A stretch of 64,000 nt of DNA from Allosphingosinicella sp. GTDB lineage: Bacteria; Pseudomonadota; Alphaproteobacteria; Sphingomonadales; Sphingomonadaceae. How positions within the stretch are numbered: the first letter of the stretch is position 1; each line of letters opens with the position of its first letter. Made by a program: the position numbers and the translations under genes. Location: assembly GCA_036399475.1 (NCBI GenBank), contig DASWNA010000032.1:3-64002 (forward strand), given 5' to 3'. The notes under the pieces were generated by a model, which worked only from the letters and a program-made list of their open reading frames with translations, did no database searches and had not been told where the DNA came from. This document shows, one piece after another, positions 10,738 through 20,072 of this stretch.

Positions 10738-13386
10738 GTGACAGCGAACAACAAGAACCTTCAGCGCCGGCGGCTGTGCTCGGCTCTCCTGGTCGGCACC
10801 ATCCTCGGCGGCATCGCCGCGCCGGCTTTCGCTCAGGAAGGGCAGGTCGTGAACCAGCCCGGCGGGCTTCCGGCGGTGGCACCGGCTGCGCAGCAGGACG
10901 CGCAGGTCATCCGCTCGATCGCGGTCAGCGGCAACCAACGGCTGGAACCGGAAACGGTGGTCTCGTACATGAAGCTGCGCACCGGCGAGAGCTACACCCG
11001 CGAACGTCTCGACGAAGCGCTTCGTGATCTTTACGCGACCGAGCTGTTCGCCGACGTCCAGATCCGCGGCGGCGACACCGGCAACCTCGTCATCCAGGTG
11101 CGCGAGAACCCGGTGATCAACCGCATCATCCTTGAAGGCAACAAGCGCATCAAGGACGAGAAGATCAATCCCGAGATCAAGCTTGCCCCGCGCCAGATCT
11201 TCACCCGTTCCAAGGCGCGCGCCGACGTCGCCCGCATCATCGAGCTCTACCGCCGCCAGGGCCGCTTCGCGGCGCAGGTCGAGCCCAAGATCGTTCAGCT
11301 CGAGCAGAACCGCGTCGATGTGGTGTTCGAGGTTAACGAGGGCGCGAAGTCCAAGATCCGCCAGATCAACATCCTCGGCAACGAGCAATTCTCCGACGGC
11401 GACCTGCGCGGCGAAATGGTTACCAAGCGCACCGGCCTGTTGAGCTTCCTCAGCTCCGGCGCGGTCTACGATCCCGACCGTCTCGCCTTCGATCAGCAGA
11501 AGCTCAGGCAGTTCTACCTGACGGAAGGCTATGCCGATTTCCGCGTGGTTTCGGCGGTGGCGGAGCTCACCTCCGACCGACAGGACTTCATCATCACCTA
11601 CGTGGTCGAGGAAGGCGAGCGCTACAAGTTCGGCGACATCAAGGTCGAAAGCGCAATCCGCGACTTCAAGAACGAGACGCTGCTGCCGTTGGTGCCGATG
11701 AAGGCCGGCGACTGGTACAATGCCAAGCAGATCGAGGACACGGTCACCGGCCTCAACGAGAGCCTTGGCCTGTTTGGCTACGCCTTTGCCGACGTGCAGC
11801 CGAATTTCGTGCGCCACAAGGAAGAAAGGACGATGGATGTCGTCTTTGAGGTCGCCGAAACGCCGCGCGTCTACGTCGAGCGGATCGACATCAACGGCAA
11901 CACCGTCACCCACGACAAGGTAATCCGCCGCGAATTCCGCGTCGCGGAGGGCGATCCGTTCAACTCGGTCGCGGTGAAGCGCTCGCGCGACCGCATCCAG
12001 TCGCTGGGTTTCTTTCAGGAGGATCTGGAAGTCACCCAAACTCAGGGCTCCGGCCCGGACCGGGTCGTGCTGGGCCTTGACGTCGAGGAAAAGGCGACCG
12101 GCGAGTTGCAGCTTTCGGCCGGCTTCTCGAGCCTTGAGCGATTCCTGGTCAACGTGTCGATCCGCCAGCGCAACTTCATGGGCAAGGGACAGGAGCTGCG
12201 CGCGTCGGTCAACTATTCCAGCTATTCGAAGTCGATCGAACTCGGCTTTACCGAACCCTATCTGTTCGACCGCAACATCGCTCTTGGCGGCGATCTCTTC
12301 CGCCGCGATTATTCAAGCTTTGGGCTTGGAGCATCCGGTAATCGGCAAACCTCCTACAAGCAGGTGTCGACCGGTCTGCAGATCCGCACAGGCGTGCCGA
12401 TCACCGAATATCTGTCGCTGGCCGGCCGCTATGGTCTCAGCCAGGACGAAGTCACGCTTGACCGAAACGACCCTCGCTTTTTTTCCGATCCTGACGGCAC
12501 GGGGCCCTTGCCCGCCACGTGCGTCGCTGGCGTTTACCTGTGCGAGTCCCTTGGCAGCCGGATCACGTCGTCGGTTGGTTATTCGCTTGCCTACGACTCG
12601 ACCGATAACCGGCTTCGGCCGACGCGCGGCACACGCTTCGTGCTCAACCAGGATTTTGCCGGACTCGGCGGCAGCGTGCGCTATCTGCGCACCCGTGCCA
12701 ACGCGGCCAAATTCTTGCGGCCGCTTGGCAGCTTCGTTCTCGCCCTCTCAGCCGAGGGTGGTTACATCCACAGCTTCGAAAATGCGCGCACCCCGACGTC
12801 TGATCCGGTGCGGATCATTGACCGCTTCTTCCTGGGCGAGCCGCAGATTCACGGCTTCGATATCCGTGGCGTAGGTCCGCGTGTTCAGCGTTTCTCGTTC
12901 AATGCAACCGAGGCAATCGACTTCAACAATCGCGAGAAACTGGGGCAGGACGATGCACTTGGTGGGCGTGCTTATTATCTCGCGCGTGCCGAGGTCGAAC
13001 TTCCCCTGGGCGCGGGTTTGCGCGAAATGGGCCTCAGGCCGTCCGTCTTCGTGGATGCGGGCGCGGTGTTCGGCCTTCGCAATCCAAGCATTGCGCCCAG
13101 CACCCAGACTTGCGTCGGCACACCAGGAACGGTCACGCCCCCAACTCCCGGCATTCCGTCCAGCACAGTGCCGCTGGGCACCCCCTGCCCGACGGGCACG
13201 ACGCCAGGCGACCGCTTCATCGAACGCTATGTCGGCGACACGCCCAAGCCGCGCGTGTCGGTTGGCATCGGCGTCAACTGGAACTCGCCGTTCGGCCCGT
13301 TCAGGATCGATATAGCCAAGGCGCTTACAAAGGCCGAGGGCGACGACACCAAGCTCATCACATTCAACGTAGGGACTGCATTCTGA
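10738..13386 (+). CDS. bamA: outer membrane protein assembly factor BamA
   Basis: Signal peptide, POTRA repeats, C-terminal [11 protein letters not shown]...FNVGTAF. Confidence 0.97.
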   Translation: MTANNKNLQRRRLCSALLVGTILGGIAAPAFAQEGQVVNQPGGLPAVAPAAQQDAQVIRSIAVSGNQRLEPETVVSYMKLRTGESYTRERLDEALRDLYATELFADVQIRGGDTGNLVIQVRENPVINRIILEGNKRIKDEKINPEIKLAPRQIFTRSKARADVARIIELYRRQGRFAAQVEPKIVQLEQNRVDVVFEVNEGAKSKIRQINILGNEQFSDGDLRGEMVTKRTGLLSFLSSGAVYDPDRLAFDQQKLRQFYLTEGYADFRVVSAVAELTSDRQDFIITYVVEEGERYKFGDIKVESAIRDFKNETLLPLVPMKAGDWYNAKQIEDTVTGLNESLGLFGYAFADVQPNFVRHKEERTMDVVFEVAETPRVYVERIDINGNTVTHDKVIRREFRVAEGDPFNSVAVKRSRDRIQSLGFFQEDLEVTQTQGSGPDRVVLGLDVEEKATGELQLSAGFSSLERFLVNVSIRQRNFMGKGQELRASVNYSSYSKSIELGFTEPYLFDRNIALGGDLFRRDYSSFGLGASGNRQTSYKQVSTGLQIRTGVPITEYLSLAGRYGLSQDEVTLDRNDPRFFSDPDGTGPLPATCVAGVYLCESLGSRITSSVGYSLAYDSTDNRLRPTRGTRFVLNQDFAGLGGSVRYLRTRANAAKFLRPLGSFVLALSAEGGYIHSFENARTPTSDPVRIIDRFFLGEPQIHGFDIRGVGPRVQRFSFNATEAIDFNNREKLGQDDALGGRAYYLARAEVELPLGAGLREMGLRPSVFVDAGAVFGLRNPSIAPSTQTCVGTPGTVTPPTPGIPSSTVPLGTPCPTGTTPGDRFIERYVGDTPKPRVSVGIGVNWNSPFGPFRIDIAKALTKAEGDDTKLITFNVGTAF

Positions 13387-14000
13387 TGAAAAAAATCGTT
13401 CTCGGCGCGGCCCTTGCCGCGCTCTCCGTTGGCCTGCCCGGCGCCGCTGTGGCGCAGAAGGCTCCCGGCGCGGTGATCGTGGTGGTCGACACCGACCGCA
13501 TTTACCGCGACTGCACCGCTTGCAGGGCAGCGCAAACCCAGCTCCAGGGTCTGATCACCTCGGCCCGCACGCGCGCGCAAACACTTGGCCAGCCGCTCCA
13601 GACCGAAGCTCAGTCGATCGAGCAGGCCGGCGCGGCAATTCGCAACCAGACCGGTGCGGCGCGGACCGCCGCCGAGACTACGCTCAGCACCCGGGTTCAG
13701 GCGTTCCAGGCCCGCCAGAGCGCTGCCCAGCAGGAAGTCGCCGGCCTGGAGCAGAACATCCAATCGACCCAGCAGAACGTGCTGCGTCAGATCAACGTCC
13801 GGCTGAACCCGATCGTCACCACGGTGATGAACGCGCGCGGCGCCAATGTCGCACTCGACGTCAACGCCACGCTGGCCCGCTCCAATGCGATCGACGTTAC
13901 CGACGCGGTTCTCACTGCGCTCAACCAGCAGCTCCCGAGCGTCAGCGTCACGCCGCTGCCGCAGGCTGCCCAGCCGGCGCAGCAGCCCACGGGCCGGTGA
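13386..14000 (+). CDS. skp: OmpH/Skp family chaperone
   Basis: Signal peptide, coiled-coil body, IDVTDAVL C-terminus; position after bamA. Confidence 0.85.
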   Translation: MKKIVLGAALAALSVGLPGAAVAQKAPGAVIVVVDTDRIYRDCTACRAAQTQLQGLITSARTRAQTLGQPLQTEAQSIEQAGAAIRNQTGAARTAAETTLSTRVQAFQARQSAAQQEVAGLEQNIQSTQQNVLRQINVRLNPIVTTVMNARGANVALDVNATLARSNAIDVTDAVLTALNQQLPSVSVTPLPQAAQPAQQPTGR

Positions 14001-14479
14001 CCGCCGAAGCCGATCAGGCACGCGCCGTCGTCGGCCCGCTGGATATCCGGCGGGTGATGGCGGCGCTGCCGCACCGCTACCCGATGCTGCTCATCGACCG
14101 GGTCGAGGAGCTCGAGCCGAAGAAGCGCATCGTCGCGATCAAGGCGGTGACGATCAACGAGCCCTTTTTCCAAGGCCATTTTCCATCGCGGCCGATCATG
14201 CCCGGCGTGCTCCTGGTGGAAGCGATGGCGCAGGCGGCGGGCGTGCTTGCGGTGGAATCGCTTGGCCTCGCCGGTTCGGGCAAGCTGGTTTACTTCATGG
14301 CGATCGACGGCGCCAAGTTCCGCCGGCCCGTGGAGCCGGGCGTTCTGCTGCGCATCGAAGTCGATCTGGTCCAGGACCGCGGCGCGATCTGCAAGTTCGC
14401 CGGCAAGGTGATCCTGGACGGCAAGGTCGCCGCCGAGGCTAACTTCACTGCGATGATCTCGGACCCGCCGGCGGAGTGA
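13997..14479 (+). CDS. fabZ: 3-hydroxyacyl-ACP dehydratase
   Basis: [13 protein letters not shown]; [16 protein letters not shown]. Confidence 0.96.
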   Translation: MTAEADQARAVVGPLDIRRVMAALPHRYPMLLIDRVEELEPKKRIVAIKAVTINEPFFQGHFPSRPIMPGVLLVEAMAQAAGVLAVESLGLAGSGKLVYFMAIDGAKFRRPVEPGVLLRIEVDLVQDRGAICKFAGKVILDGKVAAEANFTAMISDPPAE

Positions 14480-14488
14480 GCAGGATGG

Positions 14489-15196
14489 CTAAGCAGGGCG
14501 CCAGCCCTCTTCGCCCTTCTCGATACCAAAGACGGCGCGGATCGCATCGCTGCCGATGATGACGCGCGGGTCGCCGTCCGCGGCGATGCGCCTGCCGTCC
14601 ATCACGATCAGCCGGTCGGCGTAGCGGGCCGCAAGGTCGAGGTCGTGAAGCGCGATCAGCACCGCCTGACCATCTGCCACCGTCGCCTTCAACAGGTCCA
14701 TCAGCCTGAGCTGCCACAGCGGATCGAGGTTCGCGACCGGCTCATCGAGGAGAAGCAGGCGCGGTTTCGGCGCGAGGGCGCGGGCGATCAGCGCTCGGCT
14801 TCGCTCGCCGGTGGAGAGCCGGTCGACTCGGCGGTTCGCCAGCGGCTCTAGTTGGAGTGACCCAATGGCTGCATCCGCTTCGCCCGGGTCTGCGTCCGCC
14901 GGGAGCCCGAGGCCAACCAGATCGCGCACGGTGACCGGCCAGGCAGCCTCGCGCGCGGCGGGGAGGTAGGCAAGCAGGCGCCGCCGTTCGGCCGGACGGG
15001 CCGCGTCGCGGTCCGCGCCGCCGATGCTTACGCTGCCTGCGGGCGCTCCGATGCCGGCAAGCGCATGAAGCAGGCTGGTCTTGCCGCTGCCGTTCGGTCC
15101 GACGAGACAGATCAAAGCAGGCTCGGCCATCACTAGGTCCGTGTCCGACAGGCGACCGGGCAAAGCGAGGCCGCTCGCCGCCAGAAGCGTGCTCAT
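14489..15196 (-). CDS. cobalamin/siderophore ABC transporter ATPase (BtuD-like)
   Basis: Walker A GPNGSGKT, LSTGE signature, LLLDEP; in riboswitch-led operon. Confidence 0.85.
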   Translation of the reverse strand: MSTLLAASGLALPGRLSDTDLVMAEPALICLVGPNGSGKTSLLHALAGIGAPAGSVSIGGADRDAARPAERRRLLAYLPAAREAAWPVTVRDLVGLGLPADADPGEADAAIGSLQLEPLANRRVDRLSTGERSRALIARALAPKPRLLLLDEPVANLDPLWQLRLMDLLKATVADGQAVLIALHDLDLAARYADRLIVMDGRRIAADGDPRVIIGSDAIRAVFGIEKGEEGWRPA

Positions 15197-16155
15197 TGCT
15201 CGAACCTCCAGCGCATATGGGCGACCAGCCAGAGGAAGAAGGGCGCGCCGAGCAAGGCGGTGACGACTCCGACCGGCAGGGTGCGGCCAAGCGGGGCGGC
15301 GCGGACCGCAAGGTCCGCGGCAAGGAGCAGCGCGCCGCCGAGCGCGGCCGCCGGAAGCATTGCACGACCGGGGTGGCCGCCCGTGAGGCGCCGCGCAAAG
15401 ATTGGCGCAACCAGGCCGATAAAGCCGATTGCGCCGCAGATCGCCACGCAGGCGCCGACGCCCACGGCGGTGAGGCTGACGATCTCGAGCCTGAGGCGGC
15501 GAACGTCGTGGCCGAAGGATTGGGCGACATCCTCTCCCAGGGTGAGCGCATCGAGCGGCGCGCGGAGGCGGAGAAGAAGCAGGATGGTGAGCAAGGCGGG
15601 AACGCCGGCGAAAGCCGCTTGCGACAGGCTGCGATCAACCAGAGAACCCATCAGCCAGTCGTAAGCGTCGTAGAAGGCGAAGGGGGAGGGGGCCAGCGCA
15701 AGCGCAAGGGTGGTGAGAGCCCCGGCCAGCGCGCTGATCGCCAGGCCCGCGAGGAGCAGGGTGGCCGTCTCCGCCTTCGGCCCGGCGAGAAGGAGCAGGA
15801 GGAGAAGCGCGCCGAGCGCTCCCGCAACCGCACCGACGGAGAGCGCCAGCGGCGAGGCGAAGCCGAGGAGGTAGGCCGTCACCACCGCGCCCAAGGCGGC
15901 GCCGCTGGTGGTTCCGGTCAGGTCCGGGGAGGCGAGGGGGTTGGCGAACAGGGCCTGGATCGCCGCCCCTGCCGCGCCGAGCATTGCCCCATAGGTGAGT
16001 GCAAGCAAGGCGCGGGGCAGCCGCAGCTCCTGCAGCACGGCCAGGGCAAGCCCCCGGTCCTGCTGCCAAAGCTCCAGGAAGCCGCTCCAGGGCGTCAGCA
16101 GCGAGGCGGCGAAGAGCAGCAGGGGGAGCGCCGGCAGGAGAATGCGCGCCTTCAA
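15193..16155 (-). CDS. FecCD/BtuC family ABC permease
   Basis: LRLPRALL, NPLASPD, GAIGFIGL, LPVGVVTALLGAPFF; probable TTG start overlapping the upstream stop. Confidence 0.85.
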   Translation of the reverse strand: MKARILLPALPLLLFAASLLTPWSGFLELWQQDRGLALAVLQELRLPRALLALTYGAMLGAAGAAIQALFANPLASPDLTGTTSGAALGAVVTAYLLGFASPLALSVGAVAGALGALLLLLLLAGPKAETATLLLAGLAISALAGALTTLALALAPSPFAFYDAYDWLMGSLVDRSLSQAAFAGVPALLTILLLLRLRAPLDALTLGEDVAQSFGHDVRRLRLEIVSLTAVGVGACVAICGAIGFIGLVAPIFARRLTGGHPGRAMLPAAALGGALLLAADLAVRAAPLGRTLPVGVVTALLGAPFFLWLVAHMRWRFEQ

Positions 16156-16940
16156 CGCGCAAGCTCCCGGCGCAGCCGAAACACTTCCTCGGCGAGCAGC
16201 GGGCCCATGCAGGTCCACAGGCGGCCGTCGGTGGTAACGGTGCGCGAACGGCCGGCGCCCTTCGCAAGCGGGTGCGAAAGCCACCTTTGCTCGCCGGAAT
16301 ATTGGCCCGCGCGGTAGTTGCTTCGAAGCAGAACGGCGGGCGGGCGGGCCAGCAATTGCTCCAGCGTGATCCGGTCACCGGTGAGAGCGCGCTGCTTCAA
16401 CCCGGCAAGCGCCATCCACTGCGCACCAAGGCTCCCCGCACCCACGCTGCGTCCACCGCCGCCGAGCCAGACAGCATCGGTGCTACGCTTCGGAGCCGAC
16501 GCCCTGAGCGCAACAAGCCGTGCCAGCACCGGCTGCGCCGCCTCGCCCCGGCCGAGTGCCGCCGCAACCGACGCAACGGCTTTCTCAACGTCACCGACAG
16601 TCTGCGGATACGGCACATCCAGGGTCCGAATACCGAGCCGCGCCGCAATTCGCCCCCGGTCCCGAGCCCCCCCGCCCATGGTAAGCACGAGATCGGGCTT
16701 GAGCGCCGCCACCGAATCCAGGCTCCCGTCATTGCGCCGGTACCGCCGCGCCTGCTGCCAGAGCGGAGTCTCGGCCTGCGATTGCGAGAGGTGGGTTACC
16801 GACACGATCTGCCCCGGTGCCGCGAGGAGGAGGAGCAGCTCGTCGGTGCACAGGTTGAGCGACGCCACGCGCTTCGGCGCCGCGTCTGCCGCTCCGGCCA
16901 ACGCCAGGCTAAGCGCCGAAGCGAAGGCGAAGGCCCGCAT
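16152..16940 (-). CDS. cobalamin periplasmic binding protein (BtuF-like)
   Basis: Signal peptide followed by RVASLNLCTDELL; start ATG 16940. Confidence 0.85.
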   Translation of the reverse strand: MRAFAFASALSLALAGAADAAPKRVASLNLCTDELLLLLAAPGQIVSVTHLSQSQAETPLWQQARRYRRNDGSLDSVAALKPDLVLTMGGGARDRGRIAARLGIRTLDVPYPQTVGDVEKAVASVAAALGRGEAAQPVLARLVALRASAPKRSTDAVWLGGGGRSVGAGSLGAQWMALAGLKQRALTGDRITLEQLLARPPAVLLRSNYRAGQYSGEQRWLSHPLAKGAGRSRTVTTDGRLWTCMGPLLAEEVFRLRRELAR

Positions 16941-18777
16941 GGACGCTCCTTCCCGCCGTCGCATAGCCGACCGCGTCCTGGTAACTCGCGTCGAACGCAT
17001 TCTCCGTCCGCGCAAACGCTTCCACCCCGTCCAGCACTTCAAAGCCGACCCGCAGTGAAGCCAAGAGGTAGTCGTCCAGCGTCACGCGCTCCGCCGGGAA
17101 CCGGTCGAAGTCCACGTCCCCCCGCTTACCCACCCAGGTCGTCGAAGCGCCCCAGGAAAACCGGCCGTGCGTGCCGGTGGCGAGGAGGTTCGCGCTGTGC
17201 CGCGGCCGCCTTACTTCCCGAACCAAGGCCGCGCCCGCTACCTGCCGTTCCTCGGCGTCGAGGAAGGTGTAATTGGCCGACACCAGCATTGCATCCGAGG
17301 GCCGCCAGGTGGCGTCCAGCTCGACACCGCGGCGGCGGCTCCGTCCGGTTGCGTTGGCGGTGCTGGAGGTGAAGTTCGTGGGATCGAACACGTCCACGAT
17401 TTCGTCCTTGAGGCGGTTCGTGAAGCCGGTCACGCCTGCTGAAAAGGCACCGCTCTCCCACCGCACACCTGCTTCGAAGCCGCGCGAGCTTTCCGGCCTG
17501 AGCGCCGGATTGCCGACAAAGGAGCGGGGGAAGAAGCCGTAAAGATCGTAAAAGGTCGGCTGCGCAATGCCCTCGCCATAAGCCGCGTGCAGGCGCCAGC
17601 CCTCGGCAGGCCGCACCAGCAGCGAGGCGCGCAGTGTCGTGGCATCGGCAAAGGCGCTGAAGCTGTCGTGCCGCACTGCGATGTCGGTTGTGAAAACGTC
17701 CGACCACTCCGCCCGCCATTCCCCCACAAATGCGGTAAGGCTGCGCTCCCGATCCTGGTCGGTGCCGCCGAAGTAGACCTGATCGCGGGCGCGGAAATCC
17801 TCGGCCTGATGCTCGACGGCCGCCGTTAGCCGATGCCCGCCGAACGCCCGCGAAGCCTGGGCGCCCGCCGTCAACCGTTCGCCTGCGGTGCGGTTAAGCG
17901 GCGCTGCCCCGACACGGTTGCGGTTGGTGCTCGACAGGTAGCTCGCCTCCGCGCCGAGATCCCACGCTCCAAGCTTGGCATCCGCCCAGCCGCGCACCGC
18001 GCCGAGCCGATTGCGTGTCGCATCAAGCGTGTCCGCGCGCTGAAAAGTGACCGGGTCGTAGCCGTCGAATTCGCTCTCCCCCTCCAGCCAATGGCCGACC
18101 GCGCCGACCTCGACGCCATCCCGGACCGCCGCGACCGCCTTGACGCTGGCATGCCGGTTCTCGAACCCGTCGCGCTCGCCGCCGGCGCCCAGGCTGTCGA
18201 TGCCGTCGCTGCGCATCCAGCCGGCCGAGCCGGACAGGCCAACCGCACCCGTTCGCTCCGCAAATTGCCCCGAAAGCCGCGCACTGTCGAAGCTGCCATA
18301 TTCTCCGAGCGCGCTCGCCCCGCGATGGCGCAACGGATCCGCGCTCGCCACCGCAACCACGCCGCCCAACGCTTCCGAACCCCACAAGGCGGATTGCGGC
18401 CCTCGCACGATCTCCATCCGCGACAAGGCATCGGCGGCGAGCAGCTCGAACCGCGCCTCGTTGCCCGCCGCCGGGTCGTTGAAGCGGATGCCGTCCACGA
18501 ACAATAGGGTGTGGTTGGCCTCGGCGCCGCGGATCCGAAGCTGCGTCTGGCTCCCCCGCGGCCCGGACTGGGCAACGGAAACGCCGGGCATCAGCCGAAG
18601 CACGTCAACGGCGAGCGGCAACGCAAACGATCGCAGCGCCTCGCCCTCTACCACCGTGGCGGACACCGGGGCCTCGTCCGCCTCCACCGGCTCGCGCGAC
18701 GCGGTGACCACGATCGTCTCCTCCGGCGCGGCAACGGGCGCAGCGGCAGACAGCAAGGAAAGAATGAATAACGACAC
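16909..18777 (-). CDS. btuB: TonB-dependent vitamin B12 receptor
   Basis: TonB box ETIVVTASR, plug IRGAEANHTL..DGI, RMEIVRGPQSALWG; follows a cobalamin riboswitch; GTG start with GGAGG RBS. Confidence 0.85.
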   Translation of the reverse strand: MSLFILSLLSAAAPVAAPEETIVVTASREPVEADEAPVSATVVEGEALRSFALPLAVDVLRLMPGVSVAQSGPRGSQTQLRIRGAEANHTLLFVDGIRFNDPAAGNEARFELLAADALSRMEIVRGPQSALWGSEALGGVVAVASADPLRHRGASALGEYGSFDSARLSGQFAERTGAVGLSGSAGWMRSDGIDSLGAGGERDGFENRHASVKAVAAVRDGVEVGAVGHWLEGESEFDGYDPVTFQRADTLDATRNRLGAVRGWADAKLGAWDLGAEASYLSSTNRNRVGAAPLNRTAGERLTAGAQASRAFGGHRLTAAVEHQAEDFRARDQVYFGGTDQDRERSLTAFVGEWRAEWSDVFTTDIAVRHDSFSAFADATTLRASLLVRPAEGWRLHAAYGEGIAQPTFYDLYGFFPRSFVGNPALRPESSRGFEAGVRWESGAFSAGVTGFTNRLKDEIVDVFDPTNFTSSTANATGRSRRRGVELDATWRPSDAMLVSANYTFLDAEERQVAGAALVREVRRPRHSANLLATGTHGRFSWGASTTWVGKRGDVDFDRFPAERVTLDDYLLASLRVGFEVLDGVEAFARTENAFDASYQDAVGYATAGRSVHAGLRLRFGA

Positions 18778-18897
18778 GGGAACCTCCTTCAAACGGCACA
18801 TACGACATGCCGTCTCGGAGGAATTGCCGGCACCCAGGGGGATGCCCGCAATGCCACGCACCCCAGGCTGGTCCCGGCCGGGTGCGGACGACAAGCG

Positions 18898-19075
18898 AGG
18901 GCAGGTCTCCTGGCTTTGCGGGTCGGTGGCCGGTCCCTTCCTTAAGAAGGGCGGCCTCGCCGCTTACAGTTGCGGGCACAGCGCCGGATTTCCGCCGGCT
19001 TCCCATTTTCACCCGAGGTTCAAGGTCCCCATGAAAGTAGTACTTTCATGGGAGCCCCTCCCCAGGCACCTTCGC
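18898..19075 (-). ncRNA. cobalamin (AdoCbl) riboswitch
   Basis: Minus strand GGTG...AAATGGGAAGCCGGCGGAAATCCGGCGCTGTGCCCGCAACTGTAA...GCCAC...AAGCCAGGAGACCTGCC (B12 box). Confidence 0.92.
19024..19058. repeat. palindromic repeat family F inside the riboswitch
   Basis: cccatgaaagtagtactttcatggg; second copy cccacgaaagtagtactttcgtggg at 31941-31965. Confidence 0.75.
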
Positions 19076-19193
19076 TGGGCGGAGCGCTATTGCACCGCAG
19101 CATGGCTTGTCAATCGCGGCGCCGCCTTGTAGAGCGCGCCCTGACTTTTTGACCTGGCTGGTCGGAAACCAGCCGCACCAGGGAACCCACATC

Positions 19194-19427
19194 ATGAAGA
19201 CCGATACCCACCCCGATTACCACATGATCAAGGTCCAGATGACCAACGGCGACGTGTTCGAAACCCGCTCCACCTGGGGCAAGGAAGGCGACACGCTGCA
19301 GCTCGACATCGATCCCACCGCGCACCCGGCGTGGACCGGCGGCACCGGCAAGCTGCTCGACCAGGGCGGTCAGGTCGCGCGCTTCAACAAGCGCTTCGGC
19401 GGCCTCACCCTCGGCACCAAGAAGTAA
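19194..19427 (+). CDS. rpmE: 50S ribosomal protein L31
   Basis: [10 protein letters not shown]...HPAWTGG...[10 protein letters not shown]. Confidence 0.96.
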   Translation: MKTDTHPDYHMIKVQMTNGDVFETRSTWGKEGDTLQLDIDPTAHPAWTGGTGKLLDQGGQVARFNKRFGGLTLGTKK

Positions 19428-19441
19428 TTCCGGCCCGGCGC

Positions 19442-19957
19442 GTGGTCCCGACCGTCGAGACCGCCCGCCTCCGCCTCCGCGCCCTTCACGAAACCGATCT
19501 CGACGCCCACGCCGCGTTGCTGGGCGATCCCGAAACGGTACGCTTCCTCGGCGGCCACATCGTTTCGCGGGAAGATGCCTGGCGCAAGCTCTTGTCCGGC
19601 TTCGGGATGTGGGCGATCCTCGGCTTCGGCTATTGGACGGTCGAGGACAGAGCCGACGGCACTTATCTCGGCCAGGTCGGTTTCGCCGACTTCAAGCGTG
19701 GCGTGATGCCGCCGGTCGAGGGCCTGCCCGAAATGGGCTGGATGCTGTCGCCGCGCGCGCAGGGAAAGGGCATCGCCACCGAAGCCGCCTTGGGCGCGCT
19801 TGCCTGGGCCGACCAGACTTGGGGGCGCCGCGAGATCGTCGCGATCATCGACGAAGCGAACATCGCCTCCATCCGCGTTGCGGAGAAAACCGGGTTCTCG
19901 AGTCACGAGCCGGCGACCTACAAAGACGAGCCAATCCTGATCTTCCGCCGCCGCTAA
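19442..19957 (+). CDS. RimJ/RimL family GNAT acetyltransferase
   Basis: ETARLRLR, PEMGW, QGKGIATEA, NIASIRVAEKTGF. Confidence 0.88.
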   Translation: MVPTVETARLRLRALHETDLDAHAALLGDPETVRFLGGHIVSREDAWRKLLSGFGMWAILGFGYWTVEDRADGTYLGQVGFADFKRGVMPPVEGLPEMGWMLSPRAQGKGIATEAALGALAWADQTWGRREIVAIIDEANIASIRVAEKTGFSSHEPATYKDEPILIFRRR

Positions 19958-20072
19958 AGCCGTTCGCCGCAATTGTTGCGATGGTGTCAGCGCCGTTCGC
20001 TGGCGCCGTTTCGCATTACCGGGTAAAAGAAGGCATCGAGCCCGTTGACCTGGGCGGCGGTGGGGACTGCAC

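Noticed and set aside
13080-13215. Pro/Thr-rich Cys-bounded insertion in BamA
   Set aside because: Falls in a variable extracellular loop; no repeat or mobile-element signature.
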